A stretch of DNA of 63,914 bases, filler included, from Vannella sp. (Eukaryota), in the NCBI GenBank assembly GCA_023345925.1. It is 9 parts of 9 records of this genome, joined end to end, with 100 filler letters (N's around TTAATTAATTAA, not from the genome) between each part and the next. Parts side by side here need not be neighbours in the genome. Positions count along the whole stretch, not along the records: positions 1 to 6,624 come from JAJQQN010001362.1; positions 6,725 to 13,458 come from JAJQQN010000416.1; 7 more parts are not named here. One strand, written 5' to 3'. The position numbers and the translations under genes are program-made. The notes under the pieces were generated by a model. That model ran no database searches. It was given only the letters and a program-made list of their open reading frames with translations, and was not told the DNA's origin. Shown here in pieces: positions 1 through 9,837 of this stretch; within the stretch, counting starts at the first letter, position 1; each line of letters starts with the position of its first letter.

Positions 1-717
1 GAGTTCTTGGTCTTCTGCACAGAGGACAACAACCCAATCTCGCTCTACTGCTATGGAAGAGGCCATCGAGAAGAGATCGCTGGAAGCGTTGAAAAGGCAG
101 AGAAGAACAAACAGACTGACGAATGGCGCTTCACCCCACAGTGATATGCAACCTCCCCATTGGTCTTCAACGTGAGACGCTTCACAGAAGTGAATGGAAG
201 TGTGCTCAGGGAAGTAGAGCCACCAAAGAGTAGCGAGGATGGCAGCACAGAGGACCACCATCACGTTTTGCATCACCAGGGTGACCTTTACCACTTGTCA
301 AGATGTTAAATGATAACTCCGATCTTAGTAATCCTCCTACCGAAAGGGCGCGATGATTTGTCGACGAAGGAACCGGCAAAAGAGCCAAGAACAGCTCCTA
401 CCAAGTTGGTGGACAGCAGGACGATGCTGACAGGGCGCAATGTGAACGGAAAGATCTCTGCAAGTGCTAACGGCACTACAAACTGCCACGACCTGTCTCC
501 CTTCATCCCGTCATCAGTCCCTAAACCAACTCCAAACAGCTCCCTCTTCACCCACCCAAGCAGAGAGCACATGTGAAGCGTATATCTTCAGTAACCACCC
601 ATTCCCACTCTTGGGGACGGACCCTATCTCCTCACTATCTTGCTCTTCTCCTCCAAAGCTTGTCAGCTCAACTTCAGAGGACAAAGGTTCAAACTGGTCC
701 TCTTCCGTCCCCTCCAT
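1..717 (-). CDS. SLC40A1: Ferroportin (SLC40/FPN1 family) iron exporter, N-terminal half; continues on the contig starting at 59408
   Basis: Splicing two short GT-AG introns gives KIYASHVLSAW|GDRSWQFVVPLAL...GSFVDKSSRPF|VVKVTLVMQNVMVVLC...SIAVERDWVVVLC. This matches the ferroportin motifs SxWGDRxW and (Q/E)RDWxVV. Confidence 0.88.
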
Positions 718-789
718 TCAAACAATGGCGAAATCGTTTGCTTTGTCATGGAAATTAGTTACAATTGAATTTGGCAATTATATAGCGAA

Positions 790-1365
790 TTATTGGTTGA
801 TTGAAGCAGGCGGGTTAGATTGGACGGTGTTGGTCCAATCGACCAAGGCGGTGAACATCGCGCGGATGGAGGTTTGGGTGGCTGAATCAACTACGTCACC
901 GTTGCTGTCGAAAGGGGAGGGATTGGTGTAGCGGCGGATGCAGACCTCGGGTTTGTTGATGGGGTGGACATCGAGGTAGATGAAGGATTGGCGGAGAGCC
1001 AGTTGTGCACGTCCAGTACCAAACCCACCACCAGATCCAGCAATGGCAGCGGGCTTTCTGGCCCAGACGTTCCCTGCACGAGAGCCCCAGTCAAGGGCAT
1101 TCTTCAACGCCGCACTTGGTCCATAGTTGTACTCAGGACAGGCGAAGATGAGCGCATCTGCCGCTTGAATCGTAGCACGGAATGGTAGAACCTCCGCAGG
1201 AGGCTGTCCACCAATCTCCAAGTCCTCATTCATTAGAGGAAGGCCCGAGATGTCCACGATCTCGAACTCCACACCAACCTCCTTAGCCACGACCGCTGCA
1301 TACCGCAGAAGACCAGTGTTGGTCGATGCTTTCCTCAGCGACCCAGAGATGCCAACGATCTTCAT
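790..1365 (-). CDS. NADPH-dependent FMN reductase / NAD(P)H:quinone oxidoreductase (ChrR/NQR-like flavoprotein)
   Basis: Intronless ORF with MKIVGISGSLRKASTN, PEYNYG, LKNALDW and GTGRAQLALRQ motifs. The likely start is the ATG at 1365, not 1401. Confidence 0.92.
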   Translation of the reverse strand: MKIVGISGSLRKASTNTGLLRYAAVVAKEVGVEFEIVDISGLPLMNEDLEIGGQPPAEVLPFRATIQAADALIFACPEYNYGPSAALKNALDWGSRAGNVWARKPAAIAGSGGGFGTGRAQLALRQSFIYLDVHPINKPEVCIRRYTNPSPFDSNGDVVDSATQTSIRAMFTALVDWTNTVQSNPPASINQ

Positions 1366-1471
1366 TCCAATGTCGAGCAAAAAGTGATGATAGCGTGGCA
1401 TCCGCCTCTCAGATATTTATCGGATGTTTATCTTCCCTCACGGATTTTACCGCTCTTCGTCCTATTAGGGT

Positions 1472-3304
1472 TTAGGAGTGTTGGGGTTTAGTGTTGGGGC
1501 GAGCAGCCAAGGGGGTGGAAGGTGGGCTGTTTGCGTGTGAGAGACGTTGCCGCTTGCGAGTAGGAATGAGATGTTCCGGGAATGGGATTTGATCAGGGAC
1601 TCCAAGACTGTCTCGAGATCGCTTGGAGCCGCTGGATGGGCGGGGCGCCTCGGATACCTCACAATTGATCGGGCGGAGGGATCTACTGGGAGTGGCTCGG
1701 CTTTGTGCAGGTGCTCTACGTTCTGTAGCAGGTGGAGGACGAGGTGTAGTGAACCCAGAGAAGACCATGTTCAGGAACGAGGGTTTGGGAGTTGCAGGAG
1801 CAGCTTGTCGTGATGACGGTCTCGAAGAGGCAGGATGTGCTCGTTGCTCTCTTCTATGTTGCTCCTTGGCTGCTTTCTTAGCGTCTGATACAATCAAACG
1901 GCGACCAGCAGCTTTCAGGAGAGCGTGCATGGGATAAGAAGCTGCCAAAGGCATCAATAGAGGGCTGTTACACCGCTGAACGGGCAGACTCTGCATGTAA
2001 GGAAGGATCTTCTCCATTCCTTTCATCAGTAAGAGATCTGACTGGCACACGTGGATCATAGCCAGAGCATAGCGGAACATTGCCTCGCGAGGACCGAAGA
2101 AGTACATCAGATCGAAGAACTGGAGCACGCTGGCCCACGAAGTAAGTTGTGTAAAGAGTGTCATGAACCAGGAGGTCGTGTACATCAACGGATGGATGCC
2201 AATCTTCTGCAGCTTCCGGTAAACAAGCGGGTAGTTGGCACGGAGTAGCTCATCGAAGATGTTCGAGTCCTCAATGAGTCCACTCATGCATGGAGTATAG
2301 CTGCTCCCAAGCCTCTCCTTCTGTAAGATCCAGTCGAGCATCCAGAAGGCTTCAGCCTCGTTTAAGTAGATCAAAAGGGTTGCTGCAATGTAGTTCATCC
2401 CTTGGCAGTAGCCCACTTGAGGGTTGCGATGAGAGTATGCTATCAGCACTCTACGGAGTGAGTGGATGCCAGAGCCATCCTCTGGGCGGTACATTTGGTG
2501 AGAAGGGAACGTTCGAGGGAGGTCAAGCTCGATCTGGTTGCGGTTGGGGTTGCTCTCTTGCATACCTAACTCCACAAAATGAAGATACTCGAGAGTTCCA
2601 TCACCTTCTGACCCCGTGGAGGTCCGGAGTTGGGGAGCAGTACTTCTTGTGAGAGGGGTTGGAGAGCTGTTTGCTGCTTTCCTGCACTCGTGAGCCTCTG
2701 CCAAGTACTTCCACACTTGATTTCTCAAAAGAAATGGAATACCATCGGTCAGAAGAGCCAAAGGGATGTCCTCCAGTGGCGTATGAAGCTGAAGAATGCG
2801 CCTCCACTGATCCTCAGCTGTTGGGAGCGATTGTGGGCAGGTGTTACTCATATTGAAGAGAGATAAGCTTTGTTCAACAAGGAAGCCGAATTGATCGACC
2901 TTCTGTTCATCATCTGAGTAGTGAAGGATGTCCTCTGATAGAGGGGACGCAAAGCCCAAAGGATCAGGCACAGCAGAAGGCGAGAAGGTAGGTGACGACA
3001 CAGAAGCGAACGCTGCCTCACTTTTGCGAGCCAGAAGGGCCTTATTCTGCCGTTGAGTGTACCTCGCAAAGGGAGACTTTGAAGGAGACTTGGCTGGGCT
3101 GCTCATTTCTGTCAGAAGGGCAGGTAGATGAAGTTGTAGCGGCTTTGGGGGCGTATCACACAGGTAAGAACGGCGGATTGGTCCCTCAGACGACGCATTG
3201 TGGGGAGCAGACTGCTGTTCCGGCGTCTCTCCGTTAGGAAACGCAAGGAACGTCAGATTCTCGACGCTTCCGTGCTGCTTCAAACGATTAGGAAACCCCT
3301 GCAT
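1472..3304 (-). CDS. Rab-GAP TBC-domain protein
   Basis: Contains IELDLPRTF (Arg finger), YCQGMN (Gln finger), EAEAFW and WFMTLF. The true start may be the ATG at 3106. Confidence 0.9.
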   Translation of the reverse strand: MQGFPNRLKQHGSVENLTFLAFPNGETPEQQSAPHNASSEGPIRRSYLCDTPPKPLQLHLPALLTEMSSPAKSPSKSPFARYTQRQNKALLARKSEAAFASVSSPTFSPSAVPDPLGFASPLSEDILHYSDDEQKVDQFGFLVEQSLSLFNMSNTCPQSLPTAEDQWRRILQLHTPLEDIPLALLTDGIPFLLRNQVWKYLAEAHECRKAANSSPTPLTRSTAPQLRTSTGSEGDGTLEYLHFVELGMQESNPNRNQIELDLPRTFPSHQMYRPEDGSGIHSLRRVLIAYSHRNPQVGYCQGMNYIAATLLIYLNEAEAFWMLDWILQKERLGSSYTPCMSGLIEDSNIFDELLRANYPLVYRKLQKIGIHPLMYTTSWFMTLFTQLTSWASVLQFFDLMYFFGPREAMFRYALAMIHVCQSDLLLMKGMEKILPYMQSLPVQRCNSPLLMPLAASYPMHALLKAAGRRLIVSDAKKAAKEQHRREQRAHPASSRPSSRQAAPATPKPSFLNMVFSGFTTPRPPPATERRAPAQSRATPSRSLRPINCEVSEAPRPSSGSKRSRDSLGVPDQIPFPEHLIPTRKRQRLSHANSPPSTPLAARPNTKPQHS

Positions 3305-3447
3305 ACCACCAAATGCCTCCCAAACTGCGGCCTTTCAACAGACTAAACTTTCCCGCCAAAAAGGAAGACGGTTTCTATTCAAATTAAGCTCGAAGTGGAG
3401 ATTGATTTCTACCATTCGTTTCTATCTACCGATCAAACGCCTTTAAG

Positions 3448-3551
3448 TTTAATTAGGGAACCTCTTCCTCCTTGCGCAAGGAGGAGTGGATGTGGGCTCC
3501 ACCTTGAGATGGTTTTGGACTTTCAACCTTAGTCCTCTCGTTCTTCCCTTA
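3448..3551. repeat. Dispersed structured repeat, copy A (second copy at 28118-28243)
   Basis: Shares TTTAATTAGGGAACC...GCAAGGAG...GAGTGGA...CTCCACCTTG.GATGGTT.TGGACTTTCAACCTTAGTCCTCTCGTTCT with 28118-28243. Contains a perfect 20-bp palindrome at 3466-3485. Confidence 0.85.
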
Positions 3552-3849
3552 CTCGACCTGGGCAAGTGCTGCCGATGACCGCGTTCAACGTGGTTCCACC
3601 TCGTGCTCTTTCGTCGTCAATCACCCCTCTTTGGATAACGATCCAAAGGTCTTCCAGGAGCTTTCCCGAAACACAGAGGAAAGCTCTTTGTTGTCGCCAT
3701 CTCAAGCAACGAAGGAGAGGAACTTTCAAACGACTCTACAGATCTTGGGACACGTGACCTTCGACCAATCAGAGAAGGGGATATCGTTTTTCTGAATATC
3801 CGAGCTCCCGAGAAGTCAGTTTCGCATTCGAGTTCGCCCGCCTCCCGTG

Positions 3850-6624
3850 ATGCAGGCATTCCTTATGGCAATGTGGGTTCTTTGTGCTCTGGGAGTAACA
3901 GATCCTCTGGAAGTGGCTTCGTTGAAAACTTTCTACACTGCTACTGGAGGCCCCTCTTGGTCTCCATTGCAATGGACTGCGACTACAACTACTGATCCTT
4001 GCCTTTCTATTGCGTGGCCAGGTGTCCTCTGTATCCTTTCAGGGGGATTCCACCATGTAACAAGCCTCAACCTCCCCTCGAACCACTTGACTGGTTTTCT
4101 TCCAGATCTAGCGCTGCCGAAACTAACTTTGTTGTAAGGAGGCTTTTCGCTACTTGGATAGCACTAACGCATCTTCTTTAGGGATCTCCGCAACAACAGC
4201 ATCACCGGGACCATCCCTGCGTGGCCGTCCCTTGGCAGTTTAACCAGCTTGTAAGTCCATCAGGAAGGAATGGCGTGTTCTTATTGGGACTAGATCACTT
4301 AGTGAGAACAAGCTGGACGGTGTTCTTCCTCAATGGTCCACAAGCATGGGAAAGCTGTCGAGCATGTGAGTGCATGTTCGTCGCAAGAAGCTTATTAACC
4401 GGAACAGATCCTTAGCTTTCAATCAAATCACTGGAACTCTCCCCAATTGGACTAATCTGAAGGAAGTGACCCAAATGTGAGCCCCTCCTTATGCAAAGCA
4501 AGCCACTAACGCCCAACTTGCCACAGCCGTATTGAAGCGAACAAACTCTTTGGACCTCTCCCAAGCTGGTCGCAACCCATACTGTCCTTCATGTAAGTCA
4601 CTTTGTCTCAAGTTCACTCCCAACTGAGACTCTTGAAGAGGATTGACGGGTAATGACATCAATGGAACCGTGCCTTCTAGTTGGTCTGCACTGGGCAACC
4701 TAATGACCGCCAATTTGGACTTCAACGACCTTTGTGGCTCTTTGCCGAACTTGAGCCCGAACAATGCCACAGTCAACGTGAACGGATCGACCTTTACTTG
4801 CTTCAGTCTTCCACCGCGGTACATTGGAGGCTCATGCGACCTTAACTCTGGCTGTTCTCCCAGCCAAACGCCCACCAACAGCCGGACGTCCACCCCTTCC
4901 GTTACTCCAAGCAATAGCCCTTCCCGCACAAGCTCTATCAGTGAAAGTGAGACTTCGAGTGATAGTAGAACGCCAGATCCTTCTACTACGCCATCACCCA
5001 GCCCTAGTCCTTCCATTTCCTGGTCCTCAAGTCCTTCTGACAGTCCTTCCCGTACAAGCTCTGTCAGCGAAAGTGAGACCTCGAGTGATAGTAGAACGCC
5101 AGATCCTTCTACTACGCCATCACCCAGCCCTAGTCCTTCCATTTCCCTTTCAGCCAGTCCCTCTGACAGCGGAACCTCCTCTACGAGCTGGACTTCGACT
5201 GCCAGTGCCTCATGGTCCGCATCCGCCACTAGGAGTCAAACAAGTACTGGAAGTCCGACTCCAACAGTCAGCGCCACGCGAACCACCAGTCCTTCACCTT
5301 CGCCTTCGAGTACTGCCACAGGTAGCCTGACGCCGAGTAGGAGCAGTAGTTCTACGTCAACTAGGACTATGAGTAGTTCAGTAACATCCAGTGCGACGGC
5401 CTCTTCTACTCCAACGAGTAGTCCAAGCCAAACATCAAGTTCTTCGACTTCAGCTAGCCCCAGCCCTTCCCAGACTCCGAGCACGACAGCTACACCAACC
5501 GTCTCTCCAACTCCAAGTGAGACACCAAGCCCTAGCTCTTCCGTGACAGAGAGCTCAACCGAGACTCCCACGTCCAGCACCTCCCCAAGCTCAAGTACGA
5601 CCACCACTCCCAGCTCATCTGAGACATCAAGTGTGACGGAGACTACCACGACAAGCTCGTCAGCAAGCGCGAGTGAGACGGCGAGTTCTTCCGTGACTGC
5701 CAGCACCAGCCCTTCTGAGACAGCGAGTGCTTCACAGACGCCAACGTCCAGCGCCTCTCTGACTTCCAGCAAGACTCCCAGCCCTTCTACGAGCGCCACG
5801 AAGACGACAACGCCCAGCTCCTCTTCCACAGCCAGCTCTTCCGTTACCACAAGCACGACACCGTCTCTCAGCCCTTCCGTTACACCGAGCAAGACATCAT
5901 CTAGTAGCCTTTCTTCAAGCTCTTCAGCAACACCCAGCTCCTCTGTCACTTCCAGCCTCACTCCTTCGGCAACTGAAACCTCCAGCGCCAGCGTGTCGCC
6001 TAGCTCCTCACTCACCGATAGCACCACTGCCTCGCCAAGCTCCAGTGAGACCTCCAGCTCTTCTCCCAGTTCAAGCGAAACTCCGAGTGCAACTGCAAGC
6101 TCTACCTTGAGCGAGACATCCAGCCCCACTCCCAGCCCCTCTTCCAGCTCTTCTCCCACTTCAAGGGAGTCTTCAAGCGAGGCTTCAAGCTCCAGCTTGA
6201 GTAAGAGACCTAGCTCATCCTCAACTGAAAGGAGTGCACCCAGCCCAAGCGAAAGCTCTTCTGGTTCTACTCAGTTGGTCAACACGCCCAGCGCTCAGCC
6301 TGAACCCTCTGCTTTGGAGAGCTCCATCGCCACTCGTTCCCCAAGCTTCTCTCCTTCGAGGTCTCCCTTCCTTCCAGTGGAAGTTTTCCTCGGCAATCTC
6401 ACATCAGCCTCCGCTGTCGATCTGCCTTCTCCAAATGGAGACGGCGGGACTCTCTTAGTCCCTCCCAAGTTGAGCAGCCAAGTGAACTCAACTTTGAGTG
6501 TGACTTACTCAAGCAGTGCCTCATCGAGTCAAGGCCAAGTGGTCAGTGATGTACTGAACATCACATTGGTGGATAGCCAAGGCAACTCCATCTCTGCGTT
6601 AGATTTGCCCCTGACAATTTGCTT
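3850..6624 (+). CDS. Secreted/cell-surface protein: signal peptide, plant-type LRRs, long Ser/Thr/Pro mucin-like stalk, start of a possible GAIN/GPS-like domain; 3' truncated by the contig end
   Basis: Exons 3850-4133, 4182-4250, 4294-4365, 4408-4476, 4527-4592 and 4639-6624, joined by GT-AG introns. LRR N-cap DPCLSIAWPGVLC and repeats of the LxLxxNxIxGxLP type. C-terminus reads VSDVLNITLVDSQGNSISALDLPLTIC. Confidence 0.85.
4916..5167 (+). repeat. In-frame 126-bp tandem duplication (2 copies) in the mucin-like stalk
   Basis: Units start at 4916 and 5042. Both encode SPSRTSS(I/V)SESETSSDSRTPDPSTTPSPSPSPSIS.S.SPSD. Confidence 0.92.
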
Positions 6625-6724
6625 NNNNNNNNNNNNNNNNNNNNNNNNNNNNNNNNNNNNNNNNNNNNTTAATTAATTAANNNNNNNNNNNNNNNNNNNN
6701 NNNNNNNNNNNNNNNNNNNNNNNN
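6625..6724. other. Artificial contig linker N44-TTAATTAATTAA-N44
   Basis: An identical 100-nt spacer with six-frame stops occurs 8 times, and genes are cut at each one. Confidence 0.98.
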
Positions 6725-6726
6725 TT

Positions 6727-6975
6727 GACATTCAACGCTGCATTGTTGACTTTGCCCTGACTGGACGGAATCGAGATCGCCTTTTTGTGATCGAATTGAA
6801 TCCTTTCCAAACCAGCACAGATTCTGCACTCTTCTCCTGGAAAACCGACCGCTTCATTCTCGAAAACGGGCCGTTTGAGTTTTGCATCCGCCAAGATGAA
6901 GACGAAAGTCTCTGCAGTCGTCTCGGTGTTGAATGGCGCGATTTTGTGGACAAAATTCAGATTCTTGCGAACTAA
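6727..6975 (+). CDS. C-terminal fragment of a Cdc123/R2K-like ATP-grasp protein (5' truncated)
   Basis: Reads DIQRCIVDFALTGRNRDRLFVIELNPFQTSTDSALFSWKTD...GPFEFCIR, resembling the Cdc123 C-terminal D..IExNPF..T...LFxW motif. Confidence 0.65.
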   Translation, partial: DIQRCIVDFALTGRNRDRLFVIELNPFQTSTDSALFSWKTDRFILENGPFEFCIRQDEDESLCSRLGVEWRDFVDKIQILAN

Positions 6976-7268
6976 ATCCACTTTTTACTCGAAGTAAAAC
7001 GAAAAAATAGTTTGAGTCCAAGACTCGGTCAATTGCTGGTCTTTTGCGTGTCAAAGTAACTTCTGAGTGGAATCATTTGCTCAAACTATTTTTTCAAAAC
7101 TTGCCCTGAACCAATAATATCTTTCTGGCGTTTACGATAGTTTCAACGAGTGAGTGGTGACCGAAAGGTTCCCATAAATGCTCAGCTTCTTCAAGAGTTC
7201 TGGCAGAACCATAACCACAGCTGATAGATTAGGATCAAAGAACAATACTACTGAAGGATTTTAGGGAT

Positions 7269-7523
7269 GAGAGAGTTCACGGTCCCACTAAACCACGTCC
7301 GCTGGCCTCCGTTGAAAGTGCTCCTTAATTCGACTGCCACCGATCCAAATGATGTTTTTTTTGTTTTTAAGAGGACTACTTTTCCCTCGTTTGGGGAGAT
7401 GGTCAAATGAGCCCAAAAAGTGCCCCGACTAAAACACATAAAAAGTCCATTGGTCCCGATCGATTTTAGAGGCACTTTTCAACCAGCGGACGTGGTTTAG
7501 TCAGTGCGGCCGTGAACTCTCTC
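7269..7523. mobile_element. Foldback / MITE-like non-autonomous element
   Basis: Termini GAGAGAGTTCACGG and CCGTGAACTCTCTC are inverted. ACTAAACCACGTCCGCTGG is also inverted, and degenerate arms extend about 110 bp. The element is flanked by a GAT direct repeat (7266-7268 and 7524-7526). Confidence 0.7.
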
Positions 7524-7625
7524 GATCGTCGAATGGCTGCAAGATTCGGGGGGTAAGATAAGTATAAAGCCAGGGATAGGGGGTTAGATAAGTAATTGTC
7601 TCTTTTTTAAAATCATTCATTTGGG

Positions 7626-9764
7626 ATGAGAAAGTTCCTGGGGGCGTTGGGGGGCGAATCCAAGGAAGAGAAGAAGAAGAGGAAGGAGCTGTTGGAGGGA
7701 GATGACGACAATGAGTATGCTCGGCCTTATGGTCGAAAGGATCTCATGCGAGAGCTCCGCGGAGGTGAGGAGTATCCCCTTCTGACACCCGGAACTCTAA
7801 TATGGGCGCCTGTGTAGGCCCTGAGAGACTCCCTAAAGCCAAGAAGGAGGATGAAAGGTTGGGAGAGTCCTCAGTCCTTGTTTGGGGAGAAGGGCAGCAA
7901 GGTCAACTCGGTATTGGGCAACGAGCGGCATGTTTGCAGCCTTTCTCCCTTCCTGCCCTGGCAGGCGTGATGATTACTGGGATCTCTTGTGGAATGGAGC
8001 ATGTAGCGTTCCTTTCTGATGCAGGAGGCGTCTATGTAACCGGATCTGGAGACGGTTTCCGCCTTGGAACTGGTTCAACAGACCATTGCTGGACACCCAC
8101 TCTCCTCCCGTTCTCTGAAGAGAAACCTGTGATTCAAGTAGCCTGTGGTGACACGTTTACACTCTTCCTGACCCGTAAGGTCACTCCTACTCCCGAAGGA
8201 CTCATTTCTAAGGGCAGAGTAGGGAGGGGGACCATCCATTCGTGTGGTACTTCGAAGAATGGTGCACTGGGACTCCGTGAGAAGACTTGTACGAGGACAC
8301 CAGAGAGGCTGGGCCTCATGTCCATCACCAAAGTGGTTTGTGGCTCGAAACACTCTGCTGCTCTGACCCGTACGCCTCTCCCTTGATTTTGGAGCACTTC
8401 CTCACATACTCTTGGTAGAGAATGGAGAAGTCTTCACTTGGGGAGACCCTAGCGAGGGTGCGTTGGGTCATGGAGAGTTGGACTACTCGATGAAGCTCCA
8501 GATGAGGCAAAATGAGCCCAAACAAGTGGAAGGCGCGTATGCCTCTCGCACCAAGTTCATTGATATCGCCTGTGGACAAGCACACACCGTATTCCTCAGC
8601 GGTAGGTCGACATTCTCTCCGTTTCATCTTCTCATGGAGTTGCCAGAGGGAGGAGAGGTGGCGTGCTGTGGTCGGGGAGCTGAAGGACAGCTTGGATATG
8701 GGGGAAGACAAGAGCACTTTACTCCACGGAAGATTGAAGTGACTCTGGAGCGAAACGAAGATGAAGAGATCACAAAAAAGGGCATTCGCGTCTTTGCAGG
8801 GGCCAGTGCTACAGGCATGATCTGTCTCGATGGAGAATTCTACTTCTGGGGTGATGGACAAGTGTACCCTGACAGAGTGGAAGGAATCCGGTCGGATCCG
8901 GTGGTACAAGTGGCACTTCATCCAACCTGTGGGCTCTTACTGACGGAGACCAATAAGGTTTACACTTATGACAGTCAAGATCTATCCAACCGCGACACTT
9001 TGGATGCCATCCGAGCGCCCTGGAACGTCCCATCAATCTGTTTCGTCGCTGCGGGGAGAAGGAACTTTGCCATGCTCGTGGGAGAGAAGGTTCCCGACCT
9101 TACAGGAGACCGCCAGTTAGTAGCAAGTAACGATACTAATCGAGCAAGGGAGAAGGTCGAGTCTTCACAACGTTCTGAGCTCTTCGCGACCACAGAACGA
9201 TCTAAAAGGAGAGTGCTTGGGGAAGACGTGAAGACCAACACGACCTTAGATAAGATGAAAGAAGACCTCTTCTCTCTGCCCTCTTCAAAAGCGCCTGCCA
9301 GTACTACACGCCAAACAGCCGCAAGACCTTCTGGAGGGAGGCCAGTGGAACCAAACGACCACGCTCGAAACGAACTCTTTGGGATGGCGCCTCGAAAAGC
9401 TCCTGCTCCCCCTCCAGAGGCTGCACCGGCTATACCACGAAGACCGAATGAAGGACACGCGGATCCCAAGTCACCTAGTCTCCCTCAAGGTCGTCCCTCG
9501 ACAACGGAAGATCCCAATAATTTGGATGCCTTTAAGCAGCAGCTCCTCGGACCTGGTGCTGCATCTTACCCGCATGCTCCAGCTTCTACTAAGGTACTCC
9601 GTGAGCCAAGCGAAGAGAGCGAAGAGTTCATAGATGAACTGCCGGCCAACTGCACCCTCCGACAACCAGAAACATTCCGGCCCAATCGCCTACTCGATGA
9701 CGATCTCCCGCAGACTGAAGCTTTTCGTGGAGTTGACTTTGTCGATGACGACGACCTTCTTTAG
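7626..9764 (+). CDS. RCC1-repeat beta-propeller protein with a disordered C-terminal tail
   Basis: RCC1 repeats VWGEGQQGQLG, ISCGMEH, VACGDTF, TWGDPSEGALG and IACGQAH. Introns at 7765-7817, 8370-8418 and probably one in-frame near 8602-8646. Confidence 0.88.
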
Positions 9765-9837
9765 CCAGTTCATCGGAACAATATACTTCTCAGGCACTTC
9801 TGGTCGCTTCATGGCAAGGGACTCTGAGCAGAACTGG

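Noticed and set aside
4031..4039. GTATCCTTT as a second U12 donor
   Set aside because: It lies within the coding LRR N-cap (GVLCILSGG), the frame is continuous, and there is no matching branch site.
4489..6159. Long minus-strand ORFs rich in E/L/V/G (246 and 307 aa)
   Set aside because: They are antisense shadows of the Ser/Thr codons of the mucin stalk.
6669..6680. Recurrent TTAATTAATTAA between N-runs as a biological repeat
   Set aside because: The same 100-nt construct appears eight times and truncates genes. It is an artificial six-frame-stop linker, so adjacency across linkers carries no biological meaning.
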